Shown here: positions 12,066 through 24,765 of the stretch, one piece after another
Numbering within the stretch: the first letter of the stretch is position 1
Layout: every line of letters begins with the position of its first letter
NCBI GenBank assembly: GCA_963514005.1
Contig: OY740795.1
Location: 33,294,001 to 33,358,000 of the forward strand
Direction: 5' to 3'
Source: Raja brachyura
Taxonomy: Eukaryota
DNA: 64,000 bases
The notes under the pieces: generated by a model
Database searches by the model: none
Seen by the model: the letters and a program-made list of their open reading frames with translations, nothing else
Told to the model about the DNA's origin: nothing
Position numbers and translations under genes: made by a program

Positions 12066-14094
12066 CAGTGAAACATAATTTTAAGGCCCAACTTTGAATT
12101 CAAAATTGCTTGCATCAACAACAATATGTCAAGGGTGTTGCAGGAAAGAAACAACATATCACTGATTGCCTTAGATGTTTTCCCATTTTAATCCCCGCTT
12201 CCAAATCATACATTATGAAGTATTCTCTGGAAAAGATTATTTTGCAGCTAAAATAGTAGCACCTTCAAGGAGCTAATACTTATTATCAGGTATTCAGAAT
12301 AAGAGGAAAAGATTTTTTTGTTGAAACTAAAATCATGGCACCTTTGCTTTTGTCATACCTTTAACATCATTTTTTTTAAATTTAAAAATGGACTGCAGAG
12401 CTCAATGCACAGATATTTAAGATACTTCAACTGTGGGCGTCTCTAATTTCTAATGGTAAAAAACATTTTGTGCATGCACCATGCCCAGTGAAGCCTAAAC
12501 TACAGTACCGACTAGTTAGACCCGTGTAAGTTGTCATACTAATGAGACTGGCTTCAGCCAAGCAAACATGGACACCATGTTGATCTCACCACCCAAACTT
12601 TAGGAATGCAGTGCAAGCGGTTTTGGGATCTAGGTCAATTCTTCACGTGGGTAACGTACCACAACCAAACACTCTCAGTGGCGGGCAAGAAACACAAACA
12701 ACTTTGTTAAAAATCAATCAATAGACAGGAGGCAGCTCTTTTGGTGAAGACATATTTAGTCAGCAAGTTTTCCCACCTCAAGAATCAACCTTCACACATT
12801 TAGATAATCTCCATCTTTAAGTCTAACTGATTGACATGGAAGTGCTTTGCTGTCTTAAACAGCACCTTTTCACTGCACCTTCGGGTGTATGTGATGAATA
12901 AAATTGACTTTGACATAAACAATCGATTATTTTTTGAAAAGGATGAAGATACCAATTTCTAACAGGAGTGAGGGAATTATACTGTGCAGATTTACTCTTG
13001 AATAATTTTGAAATGGAGCCTAGATGGGTGAACAAAGAGGCACTGTCTTGTTGAATAATCATTCATAATTTTTATTCTTTATGCTCAGTTATAGATGAAC
13101 ATTCTATGAATGAAAAAGACTACTTGTTAACATTCAGATAGAATACCAAAAGGAGGAAAAAAGACGACATTATTCCTTTCCAGTGCAACTCAGAGTGGGC
13201 TGTTACCAACTTCATAGTCTGCATGACCTCAAATCTATGACTTTGAGACTTTTGTTTTAAGGTCTTGCAACAACTAATTCTGTTCTTGTGGAACAGTCAT
13301 TCTCTACAGCAGGGGTGAAAGGCGCAGAAACTACTTGTGTTCTTTTCCCACCCTGTTTAATCAAACAGGAAAATAAATGCAATCACATTCTTGGGTGAAA
13401 AATCTGCAGCTGGTTTGCAACTGCTGACAGCTACCCTCATAGAAGTCAAGGCTCACCTCCTGCATTCCCCGCCCCCACCCCTCCTCTGCCCAGAAACCAC
13501 CGCAAATCTCCCTGCTGCCTATAAAACCAACCAATACAATGGCGCAATTGTCTTGCGAGCCAGCTCCCTGGAGTAATGACATTTTTTGTTTATGGTCTAG
13601 TTCTTAGGTTGTCAGCTTCAACATCCAGTTACTAAAACCGAATATGGTTAAATGCAATTCAACCTGATCCAGGAAGGATGTGTTTTAATTTTCAGATGAC
13701 AAGAATTTCCCATTTGTCTACTTGAGCAGTGACGACAAATATGTTGGAAATATCACCTTCTGCAATATGCATTTCTCTGCCAGAATATAACCAGATACGT
13801 TTTGATGCTTCACTTCACGGTTTGCCTGTTAGAGGCTTCATACTACACTCGCAAATTATTTGTTCTACTTCTATTTTCTTTCTTGCAAGCTATAGTTTAC
13901 ACACTGAAACAGGAGAAACAATTGTCCCATTACCCACTGGTATAAGAGGAATGAAGCCATCTCTGTATGTAACCAAATTGACTACAAATCTGTCAGGAAT
14001 TAATTGAACCCAAATTGGGATGTTACAGTAAACCTCTCCTGTTTCTGAACTACCTGCATACACTGCAGAATCCACTGGATTTCAGAACAGTCTT

Positions 14095-14300
14095 TAAATC
14101 TCAAGAGATAGGCATAGATAGAGATAGATTTTTGATTAAGGGAGCGATAAATAGATTTTTGATTAGTACCGGTCAGAGGTTATGGGTAGATGGCAAGAGA
14201 ATGGGGATAGGAGGGCGAGATAGATCAGCCATGATTGAATGGCAGAATAGACTTGATGGGCCTCCTAATTCTACTCCCATCACTTACGACCTTATGAGAT
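14095..14300 (+). mobile_element. CR1 LINE 3' end
   Basis: agatagattttgattag...gatcagccatgattgaatggcagaatagacttgatgggcc 3' UTR. Confidence 0.8.
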
Positions 14301-14659
14301 GACTGGCCTCAAGTGCCTTAAATTGTAATTGACAGGGAGAAAACATTACTGCCAATCTTTGACAATTGTTCTGGTTGTGCTGCTTCTGCTGAGGTGACCT
14401 GGTTTCCATCCGGCACACCCTAGTAAAATCTGTGCACCTCAGCTTCTGCCTAGATCAGAGACTCACTGAGCAATTTCCCAATCCATATTAGGCTACAGGC
14501 GAAGTTAATCTCAGTGAAGAACAGAGAAATAAACAGCTTTTAAAACACTGCTATTGAAATGAACATGCAGGTGCCACGTGCACATGGGGAATGGCTGGCC
14601 AGCATTCGAGGATAAACGTTTATTTTGCTCCAGTTAAAGTCAAATCAGGTAACAGGGCA

Positions 14660-14955
14660 GCAGGCTGGCACAACAGTAGAGTTGCTGCCTTACAGCAAAA
14701 GAGACCCGGGTTTGATCGTGACTACGGGTGCTGACTGTATGGAGTTTGTACATTCTCCCTGTGACATGCATGGGTTTTCTCCGGGTGCACTCCCACACTC
14801 TAAAGACGTACAGGTTTGTAGGCTAATTGGCTTGGTAAAATTACAAATTGTCCCCAGTGAGTAGGATAGTGTTAGTGCATGGGGATCGCTGGTTGGCGCG
14901 GACTCAGTGGGTCGAAGGGCCTGTTTCTGTGCTGCATCTCCAAACTAAACTAAAT
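14660..14955 (+). mobile_element. HE1-type tRNA-derived SINE
   Basis: tRNA-like head (gtagagttgctgcc...cccgggtttgatc), V-domain-like core (tggagtttgtacattctcc), CR1-like tail gaagggcctgtttc + (taaac)n. Confidence 0.85.
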
Positions 14956-14992
14956 CCCGGATGCCCTTTGGCAAATCTGTTCTATTTATAAC

Positions 14993-15125
14993 CCAAGAGA
15001 ATCAAGAGCGTCTTATTGTCATACGTACTGAAAACTAAACAATGAAATTCTTACTTGCAGCAGCATAACAGGCCCGTAAACAGTCCTCACAGACAACATA
15101 ACAAAAATAAAAATAAAATTAAAAA
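14993..15125 (-). mobile_element. Rex1/L2-type 3' tail fragment
   Basis: caagag...ttattgtcat...aatgaaattcttacttgcagcagca. Confidence 0.6.
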
Positions 15126-16521
15126 TCTCCTGTGTTATTACTAAAGCCCGAAGTCCTTTTTGCAAATAAATTCAGTAGAGACTCTTAAGACAAAATTATA
15201 ATTCAAACTTTAATGCAAAAAAGACAGGATAATTCTTTTTTTAACTCTTCCATTATACCCGACATAAACATATCGGTGAAATGGACAGATTTCAGTTAGG
15301 CTCCGAGACCTGCGAAACTGAGATTATAATTCTCACAGGAAAGATTTTATGAAGATGCTAAAAATCAGGGGGGCTTCAGAAAAGATCAGAAAAATGTTTT
15401 ATCCAGAATGTGGGTCAGTAACTAAAGGATACATTCAAAGCAATTGGTAAAAATCTTTCTTTTCTTAAAACATATTGGAGAATTTAATCTGGAAAGAGTG
15501 CCATTAATAACTTTCAAAGGAAATTGCCACTATAGCTAAAATTAGAAACGGTAGATATCTAGGAATCATTATATAATTTTACAAGGACAAGCGTGGACAA
15601 GCAAAGCTACCTCCTCAAAATCTCCTGCTTCGCGCACAAGACTATTGGGAAAAACAATAGTACAATATGGACGACTAATATTCATAACTTTCGCAATGTT
15701 ATTTTAGTTCAGCATTTGTTCACTGTTCCCAAGAATATTTATTACAGTAATTAGAAAAATTATAAAAAGTGAAGTCTAAGCGTGCAATGCAGTCCAGCCT
15801 GCCAGAATGGAAATGACTGGGTATTTTCCATAAATCAAAATTAGAGCCCACATTGCTGTATGTAACTGATTGATTTTATGGGCATAGTTTATAGGTTGCT
15901 GTTCTCTACTCGTTTTATTATTCTGGAGTAATTATCCTGATTTTTTTTGTTTAGGGGGAGACAAGTTGCTGCAATTTATTCCCTCTGCTCTTTGAACAGA
16001 TTGTCTTTGTTTTAAAAGTAAGTTGACTTTGTCTGCTGTAAAATAACTCAATGGCTTACATAGTGTGTCAAATTAAAAAAACCACAAATCTTCCTCCAGA
16101 AGACCACACACCTAATTATCAGGCCAAATCTGGACGACAGAGTTAGTTATGCAGCACAGAAACAGACCCTCCAGACCCCCATACCATGTCCAGCACTCCC
16201 TTCAACTGATGCTTTGTGTTGCAAATTAGAAATTTCCAGTAATAATGCCATTACTGTCTTCAGCGGTGGGAAACAATTGAGAGCTTAAATTAAGGCCGTG
16301 TTTCCAGTTATAATTCATATCCAATGAATTCTGCTGAAAACTCTGCATCTAAATAACAAACAAGTCAAAGATGAAGCTCAACTATATTACCACTAGACCT
16401 CTGATGAATTCCCGTGCAAGGACATTGCCCAGGTTCAACTCTGAACAAGGATCAATTATTCATGATAATATAGGGTTGCCATTCCAATGGAAGCATTGCC
16501 AGATGCAAGCTAGATTCCTTA

Positions 16522-16786
16522 CGCCCGTCCCACTTAGGAAACCTGTACGAAAAGCTCTGGAGACTTTGCGCCCCACCCAAGGTTTCCGTGCAGTTCTCGG
16601 AGGTTTTTGTCCTCCGGCAACCACCTTCAACTAGCATCGCAACCGGCTTCGACTAAAAAATCACCGATTTTTACAATGGAAACCACTTTTGACTATTAGG
16701 GAGACTGACAAAAACCTCCGGGATCCGCACTGAAACCTTGGGTGGGGCGCAAAGTCTTCAGAGGTTTCCTAAGTGGGACAGGGGCA
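16522..16786. mobile_element. PIF/Harbinger-like MITE (family B)
   Basis: TIR cgcccgtcccacttaggaaacct / aggtttcctaagtgggacaggggca, extending inward about 90 bp (actttgcgccccacccaaggtttc / gaaaccttgggtggggcgcaaagt). TTA on both flanks. Confidence 0.85.
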
Positions 16787-17299
16787 TTAGGGTGTTGGAC
16801 AATGAAATATAAATCGCTCTGAACAGAAGTGTCACTTGGCACTTTGAAATAAAGGAAAGCTTTGAATGTGACATGATTCCACTCTATGGACAAGTACATG
16901 ATATAGCTGTTTGGAAAAAAAAAACTAGGTCAAGAGACTTCCCCACCAAATCCTGTCACTTTGGAGGGTAGCAGCGTGCCCAGCTTTGGACATGGACAGG
17001 CAAGCCCAGCATGGCTTCAACCAAGACAGGGGCTGCTCCGAACCCTGTGGAAGCATGAGGCGTAGGAATATTTGGAGAACAGGCGACTGAAGGATTACTG
17101 AAATGCTTCATGATCTAGAGCATGAAAAAACTTAGCTGCAATAAAAACATTCATTATCCTCTCAAGGAAGTTCATTGAACTTTAAGAGGGGGAAGAAACG
17201 GGGGGGGGGGGGGGGGGGGGGGTGGGTGGGGACCAAATGCTGTGTAAATTCTGTTTGCCCAACTTCAATAAAGTTAAACACAACACAGAAAAACTAAAG

Positions 17300-17670
17300 A
17301 AATAGAAACATAGAAATTAGGTGCAGGAGTAGGCCATTCGGCCCTTCGAGCCTGCACCGCCATTCAATATGATCATCCAACTCAGTATCCCGTACCTGCC
17401 TTCTCTCCATACCCTCTGATCCCCTTAGCCACAAGGGCCACATCTAACTCCCTCTTAAATATAGCCAATGAACTGGCCTCAACTACCCTCTGTGGCAGAG
17501 AGTTCCAGAGACCCACCACTGTGTGTGAAAAAATTCCTTCTCATCTCGGTCCTAAAGGATTTCCCCCTTATCCTTAAGCTGTGACCCTTTGTCCTGGACC
17601 TCCCCAACATCGGGAACAATCTTCCTGCATCAAGCCTGTCCAACCCCTTAAGAATTTTGTAAGTTTGTAA
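17300..17670 (-). mobile_element. Young CR1 LINE 3' end
   Basis: (atagaaac)n tail, aggtgcaggagtaggccattcggcccttcgag, ORF2 C-terminal remnant. Confidence 0.9.
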
Positions 17671-19019
17671 GTAAATATAAATGGAGTGGAATATTCAGTG
17701 ACTATACCCCGTCTCCATCACTTTGTCTTTGGCAGCACTGATAGGCGAATCAAGCACTCCCAGGCCAGGACATTCTTGTGAAGCCAAGTGATTCATATGC
17801 CTTACTCTTCCATTCCCTTTTCTTTTTGTCATTCCCCCATGCATCACAAAAGTTGCATGTGCGTTACGCTATGTTTGAACATTAACATCAACATTTATGG
17901 GTTACTCTTGCACTTTGTGCCTTCTTTTGTCAACCTACATCTGCAGTTCCTTGTTTCTACGAAGAGCTTCTTACTTTGGTTGCAAATGGTCACCTACAAT
18001 TGTTGAAAGTGTCCGTACTGGACAGTGTGGCTGACAAGCCTGCAAACTTTCCAGTATGGATTGTTTGGGTCCCCCCTGAACCATTAGGGTGAAACTGTTT
18101 TATTTCCATCAAAGCCTTAGAGTGGCAGATTTTTTATTTTAAGAAGGTGGGTCACAATGATAACTCCCATATTATGTGGAAGAACGTTACATTTCTAACA
18201 CGGTGATGCAATCATTACTTATAAATCAAACATAATCTTTTGGCTCAATGAATTCTTTACAAAGAAACACAAAGTAACAAAATTAGATTCCCAACCTCCT
18301 AAAAATACTTGCTACAACTATGTACAGTTAACTCTGCGAGCTGCTTGGAAGATAAGAAACTTATTCCCTTCATTTGTTGCAAATGTAACCTTTGGCAACA
18401 TTAAAAGCAAGGGTATGCTGTTTTACATTAAGCAATGGCAGCAACTTCTTGATAGGAGTTCCTTGCTGTGCAAAACCGCCCAATGCTATTGTCAATGCCA
18501 GGTAAAGATCACCATTCCAAATAAAATTACTGTCAACAAATATTTAGTGCATTAAAACCTTCAGTCTCCTTAAGGGTTATTAAATGTTCATAAAGGAGAG
18601 GGGTGGTTAACTAATAGAAATTGAAAGTTTTACCATAATTTTGTACCCGAATCTTGGCATGTTTTGTGTTTTCCAATCATCCCACTTCATGATTAGAATC
18701 ATTTTGCTTCAATTATGAGGAGAGACTGGATCGGTGGGCTTGTCTGCTATTCAGGATAGGAAGTTAAGGGGGTATACAAATTAAAAGGGGCACAGATATA
18801 GTACACTGCGGAAAGTCTTTCGTACTGCAGAGCTAGTTACAACTAGAGGGCATAATTTACACTGAGGGGCAAGAATGCTAGACAGAATCTCAGGATGGAT
18901 TCCAAAACTAATTTCCCCACCACCCCCAGAGAGTGGTTGAAATCTGTAACACATGCCATACTCTTCCACAGTCTTTCCTTTCGAATCAAACTATGGCAAC
19001 ACAAGCTTGTATTCATATA

Positions 19020-19122
19020 CAGTAACTCCTCAACTTACAATGGGGTTACGTTCTGATAAACCCATCGTATATTGAAAGTATCGTGCAAAAAATGCATTTA
19101 ATACACCAAACCTACCGAACAT
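19020..19122. mobile_element. Tc1/mariner Tigger-like terminal fragment (Tigger4/Zombi-like)
   Basis: TA|cagtaactcctcaacttacaatggggttacgttctgataaacccatcgt...aaatgcatttaatacaccaaacctaccgaacat closely resembles my recalled Tigger4/MER46 terminus. Confidence 0.7.
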
Positions 19123-21213
19123 TCTCTCTCTACTGCTCTGCCATGTCCGCTTCATTTTTCTTGGGAAGCAGCACAATCTTGATGTTGGGCACTTCTGCTA
19201 ACATTTTGTTTCGCAATACGTTTTTGAGGTGCATTTCTATGCACACAGCATTCCTTTTCATCAGAACATCGTAGTGATCAAGTGAGCACAGCATTCTTGT
19301 CACTTTGAGAGCGCTACTCCGGCAGCAGCGACAGAAGTTTACTTCTCATTTTTAGAGAAACGTTCATTTTCTAGTACTAGCGCTGTCGAAGTGACAAGAG
19401 TGTTGTGGGGTGTGGGGAGAAGGTGGGGCTGCTGCTATCTAACATGTGCTGTGAATGCAGTTTTGTTGACCCAGAGGCGAACTTCAGAGCCTGCGATGCC
19501 TCGGTTGTTACAGTGCATTGGGATCGATTTATTCATGGAAAGTTTTATGGCAGTAACGCAACGAGTCAGGCTGCTAAAGAACCCAACAGGAAGGGACCTT
19601 TCCAGGTTTACTCTTCCTCGTTCGCATCCACCTCATAAAAACCGCTGCTGGCGCTCATCGCTCCACTAGTTTTGGCCGCTTCTGGTGAGGGAATGGAACC
19701 GAGAGAATGAGGTGGAAAGATCAGGTTTAGAGCTACTCCGGCATGGTTGCGAACCAGAAGCCGGAATTTCCCGGTGAATCCAGCGGATTGGGAGGCGCAG
19801 AGGGAGGAGGAGACAGTGGAAGCAGCACCACCCCTCCTCAGGCTGGCCCAGTGCCGGATTAGGGAGCAATGGTGAAGAGACGGCGGCAGCAACAACCGGC
19901 TCAGCCGCAGCCCCAGCCAGTGCAGCTGCCCAAGAAGGCGCCGGTCGGCCCACCGTCACTGAGCACGTCTTGTCCGTGGCAGCGTAGAGACGTGGCATTT
20001 CGCTGGCCGCGCTATCGGTTGTTTACGCTCGTGATTGCATGGCTGACTGGGAGCTGTTTCTTAGGCAGCGCTTTGGATGAGTGCAGGTTTTTGAGAGTGG
20101 ATGATTAACAGTACACTTGCTACATTGCCAACACAAAGGGTACCTGCTCCTTGTCTTCAAGATCATCTGAAGTACAAGCGCCCACTGTACTTTCCCGGAT
20201 CTGAACCAATCATGTAAAACTGCCCCTGATGTCATGGCATATCAAGAACAGTTGATTGTCTCTCCTTCAATTGATTTTAAACATTTTTTAAAATTCTTAA
20301 AGGCCCAATTGGAAAATAAATTTATTTTGCACCATGTCAGCAATGTGTAAAACAGTTCAAACATTTCAATCAAAATGCTTATATGGATCAGGATCAATCC
20401 ACATGGACTCTAGGATGCATTGGTTAATGACGTTATTGTGTGATAATAAAAGCCAGATATTTAAAGTGATGGAGGTAGATAATGGGGTAAAGTTATAAAG
20501 GTAAATAGATTAATGTGAAAGAACGTGAAGATTTTGTTAAGGGAAATTAAGAGGTTAGGGCTGACCTAACTAACTGATGTTACAAGTTTTGCTTTGGCTG
20601 TGTTTTATACCGAGAGGAGGTTGATGCACCTCAATTGATATTCGTTTAAATATCCAAAAATACTCGACTGCATTGAACACCAAATAAAGTTGATAAAACA
20701 TCTTGGAACAAAACCAAAAATTACAAAAAGTATCTCAAGTTTCATTTACAAGAGCCAAACCATCAATGGCAGAACATTAGGAATTTTCTTCATTAAGGAC
20801 TTAAGAAAACTGGCTGATTGGCTCGGGTCAGATCGGTGACTCAATTTTCCAGTGACATTCTGCATATACACCAAGGGAAACAAATTGGTGATTTTATTAA
20901 TGTCAAAATGTCCAAATTGCCAGTCTTCCACTGAAGCTTCACCTTCTGGTCACTGCTGATAAATCATAACTGTCAGCGGTATTAGTTGTTCTGTAGCTGA
21001 AGCCATTTCTCTTCAATTACATTCTTGAAATAATTCCTCAGTGAGGAAACTGCCTCACTAGCTTGAAAATCCCTTCCTGCTCAGCTGTTTTAATTGTGCT
21101 AAGTCACATGAAACACTAAACAGTTGAGATTTTATGAATTTCTCAGTAAAAATTAGTTTATTATACAAAAATATATAAATCTGACATTTAATCAATAAAA
21201 AGCACAAAGTAGA

Positions 21214-22118
21214 TCCATATACTTATAAAACTCTCATCTTCTCCTTTTCCGGTTTGCATTGTTTTTACATTTGGGCAAAAACAGTACCCGATAGCACTAC
21301 GATTTTTTGCCACCTTACTCACCATTCTCTTGTGCGGCAAGTGCAACAAGTTTTGTTCCAATCGGTGGAATAGTACAAAAGTTATGAAGGTTTAAAAATC
21401 ATTTGAAATAAATCGCTGTCAATCACCGGTGGCGAGGAGAATAAAGCTGAAGGAGCCGAGTGTGTTGTTCGAGTGCGGAGTGCGCAGCGCGCAGAGTGAG
21501 CAGCGTGTGGGCTGCTTCTGCGCCGACCGGCACGACGAGCCGGAAGCCACTGCATGAATCCGGAGCCTGACCGGGAGTCGCAGAGTGATGCCAAAATCTG
21601 AAGGTGCGGGGTGAGCAGAGTGCGAGCTGCATCTGCGGGGTGAGCAGAGTGCGAGCTGCATCTGCGGCGACCACAACCCTCCCACAGCCACCACCACCCC
21701 CTCGCCCACACACCCCTCCCTCACCCACCCCCATCCCTCTAACACACACCCCTCTCCAACACACCAGCACCCTCCCCATCTGAAGAACGCAACAAGAGAT
21801 GCAACACATACTCACCTCCCCTCCCACCCCACACCCCCATCACACACTTCTTCCCCCCACCTCCACCCCCCTGCCCACACACACTCCCACTTCCCCTCCC
21901 ACCACACACCCGCCTCCCCTCTCACACATGAAGAGGGGGGGTGGCGGGGAGTGCTGGGGGATGAGGGGTAATGAGCCACGCCTACGCAGTTAGTGGTGAG
22001 TGGTGGAATATAGCTTTGGGGAACGGGTGAGTGGTGGAATATTGTGTTGGGGAATGGCTTGTGTTGGGGGACCAGGCCTCCCATGTGACTGGGACCCAAC
22101 GGGTCCCACTTAGTCTAG
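21214..22118 (+). mobile_element. Non-autonomous Helitron
   Basis: Inserted between A and T. Starts TCcatatacttataaaac. Ends with hairpin tgggaccc-aac-gggtccca (22090-22108) followed by CTAG (22115-22118). No TSD. Confidence 0.85.
21605..21667 (+). repeat. 29-bp tandem duplication inside the Helitron
   Basis: tgcggggtgagcagagtgcgagctgcatc x2 plus a partial third unit. Confidence 0.9.
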
Positions 22119-22152
22119 TAGTTTCTTAAAAACACACACGCACACACACACG

Positions 22153-22438
22153 TGGCCACAGTTTAAGAATAAGGAGTAAGCCATTTAGAACGGAGACGAG
22201 GAAACACTTTTTCTCACAGAGTGGTGAGTCTGTGGAATTCTCTGCCTCAGAGGGCGGTGGAGGCAGGTTCTCTGGATGCTTTCAAGAGAGAGCTAGATAG
22301 GGCTCTTAAAAATAGCGGACTCAGGGGATATGGGGCGAAGGCAGGAACGGGGTACTGATTGGGGATGATCAGCCATGATCACATTGAATGGTGCTGCCTT
22401 GAAGGGCCGAATGGCCTACTCCTGCACCTATTGTCTAT
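22153..22438 (+). mobile_element. Young CR1 LINE 3' end within a (CA)n tract
   Basis: ggccacagtttaagaataagg...gaagggccgaatggcctactcctgcacctattgtctat, with (CA)n on both sides. Confidence 0.9.
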
Positions 22439-23717
22439 ACACACACACACACACACACACGCATATATAGTGTAGGGCAGTTATTAACTGCACAGCTCGG
22501 TGTACCGTGACGTCCAGTATGCCACAGGAGTGCGATCCCTGGTACTAGCATTATGTAGTTTTACAGCTTGGCTGAAAGTTGTTGCCCTGAGCCATTATAG
22601 TTGCCAGGCCAAGTAGGCAGTTCTAAACTAAAACACCAAAAATACTGCCAGGAATACAAGTCACAATTGAAACTCATCAATACAGGACTACTATTCAGAC
22701 AGGGAATTGGAATCAGTGGAAAATTCAAAGGTTCCAAACATATTGCAGAGAGCAAGACTATATTGATATTTAAGGCACCATAAGCATAGCTGCAATGGAG
22801 ATACATTGCATCATACACCTATTGCATCACCCTAACCCTAAATCTAACAATTACTTACTTTGTTATCATCACATATTATTCTGATGCTTCAACCAGTAAG
22901 TTGCAATACAACCCTTCCAGCTTGGTCTATTATCCAAACTTTAGAGTCAACTAAGTTAGGTTGCAAAGCTGTTTAATGTGACTGGGCTTGTCAACAGTGA
23001 ACAGCGAAACCTTCCAACTAATACTAGTGCATCTCCAAGGATAATGGATTGAGGAATGGTGTATGTTCAGCAATCCCTTATCAGACACGTTTAACTTCCT
23101 ACCCTTGACTCAGCAAAACATCATGGCAACATTTTCAAAAGGGAGTTAAAATATTTAAAAGATATGAAGAAGCCTGTGTGTGGATTTAAAATAATTTCAG
23201 TTTAGATTTCCAAGAAAATTCCCTTTGTACTTTCTCTCACAGCAACTTAACACACTGTATCAAAACACAACTGTTTGTATCAACATCTTATTGGTTTCAA
23301 CCCAAGATCTTGAACAAAACAGTGAGCATAAATCTCTATTTTTGATATCCTTTTACAGAATGCGGGTGATGGGGCTAGAGTAGGAGTAACAGTTTAATTA
23401 TGGCTTCACACAAAATGCTACTTTGTGATTTAGAGAAGTCCCCCACTATGCGGTTAACTCAAGAATTGAAAACATTTCCAACTTGAGTCAGGCAATGTAA
23501 AAGCATCTGGCATTCAGACAAGACATTAGTGTTCGGAGAAAGGTATGTTTAGAATTTTGAGCAAAACAAGTTGTCCTCTTACATTAATTGCAAACACTGG
23601 ACGTGAAATCGTCACATAATCATTCACATCTCACAGTAAAAAGGCTTCCCTGTAGCAAAATTATAAATGCATCCTGATTTTCTTTTGAACATAAGCATTC
23701 AAAACACCCATAAAACA

Positions 23718-23920
23718 TTGTGTAGGAGGGAACTGCAGGTGCTGGTTTACACTGACGATAGACACAATGCTGGAGTAACTCAGTGGGACAGGCAGCATCT
23801 CTGGATAGAAGGAATGTGTGACGTTTTAGGTCAAGACCCTTCTTTAGACTGATGGGTCTCGACCCAAAACATCACCCATTCCTTCTATCCAGAGATGTTG
23901 CCTGTCCCGCTGAGTTACCC
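23718..23920. mobile_element. Penelope-derived fold-back element (two inverted arms)
   Basis: gtaactcagtgggacaggcagcatctctggatagaaggaatg / cattccttctatccagagatgttgcctgtcccgctgagttac. Confidence 0.85.
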
Positions 23921-24179
23921 ATGCAACATTAGTCGGCAGCACGTGTTCAGGGCTCACAATCAATTTGGAATCTCTGCATTCCTGGTGATGTGCACATCAG
24001 AAATACACAAAAAGACTTGGCTTAACAACATATTTCCATTTTCTAAGAATCTGTACAGGAACACAATTGTTCAATGTAAATTATCTCACAAGTTTATAAA
24101 TGATGCTTCGAATATAGCAACGCAATATATTAAGCAACTAATTTGCAATTGGATTCCATGCAAAACTCCAAATCCAGTT

Positions 24180-24470
24180 TTTCAGTTTAGTTTACTGTCA
24201 CGTGTACCGAGGTGCAGTGAAATACTTTTTGTTGCGTGCTAACCAGTTAGGTTAGCTTCCTTTTTTGCACATCTTTCATTCATTGTAATTTATTTCTCTA
24301 CCTCATCGTCTATATCAATCATTTCCCTTATCCCTAACTAGTCTGTAGATGGGGTTCGACCGGAAACGTCACCCATTTCTCTCCAGGTGCTGCTTGTCCT
24401 GCTGAGTTACTCCAGCATTTTGTATCTATCTTCAGCAGAAAAACAATATATGATTACAATCAATCCATAT
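24180..24470. mobile_element. Rex1/L2-type tail (-) interrupted by a Penelope-derived arm (about 24255-24433)
   Basis: ttcagtttagtttactgtcacgtgtaccgagg... resumes as cagcagaaaaacaatatatgattac after the inserted arm containing ggaaacgtcaccc. Confidence 0.6.
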
Positions 24471-24659
24471 ATCCCAAATATCAATGCATTGCAGACAAAA
24501 TATGCCTCATGTAATGGAAGCCGTTCACTGCCCTATGAATTTAAGAAGTGCCTTTAATTTGGTTTAAATTGGAACCATTTCTTTTGTCTTCTGGAATAAT
24601 CAGAAAGGAAATTGATAGTCTCTGATGATAGTTTTTTCTCAGAAAGTATATCTACTTTT

Positions 24660-24765
24660 CCACCGAAGAGAGACCTAAAAAGCTGGAGTAACTCAGTGTC
24701 TATCTCCAGGCTTTTGTGTCTATCTTCGGTTTAAACCAGCATCCGCAGTTCCTTCCTACACATAC
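24660..24765. mobile_element. Internally deleted Penelope-derived fold-back element
   Basis: ccgaagagagacctaaaaagctggagtaactcag ... ctccaggcttttgtgtctatcttcggtttaaaccagcatccgcagttcc. Confidence 0.7.

Noticed and set aside
13690-13800. Plus-strand acceptor followed by DDKNFPFVYLSS...
   Set aside because: Reaches a stop without a convincing donor; peptide not recognised.
14660-14740. tRNA-like sequences at SINE heads
   Set aside because: They continue into the SINE core and tail, so they are not tRNA genes.
21382-22099. Several ORFs of 64-134 aa
   Set aside because: Products of GC-rich, low-complexity Helitron interior.
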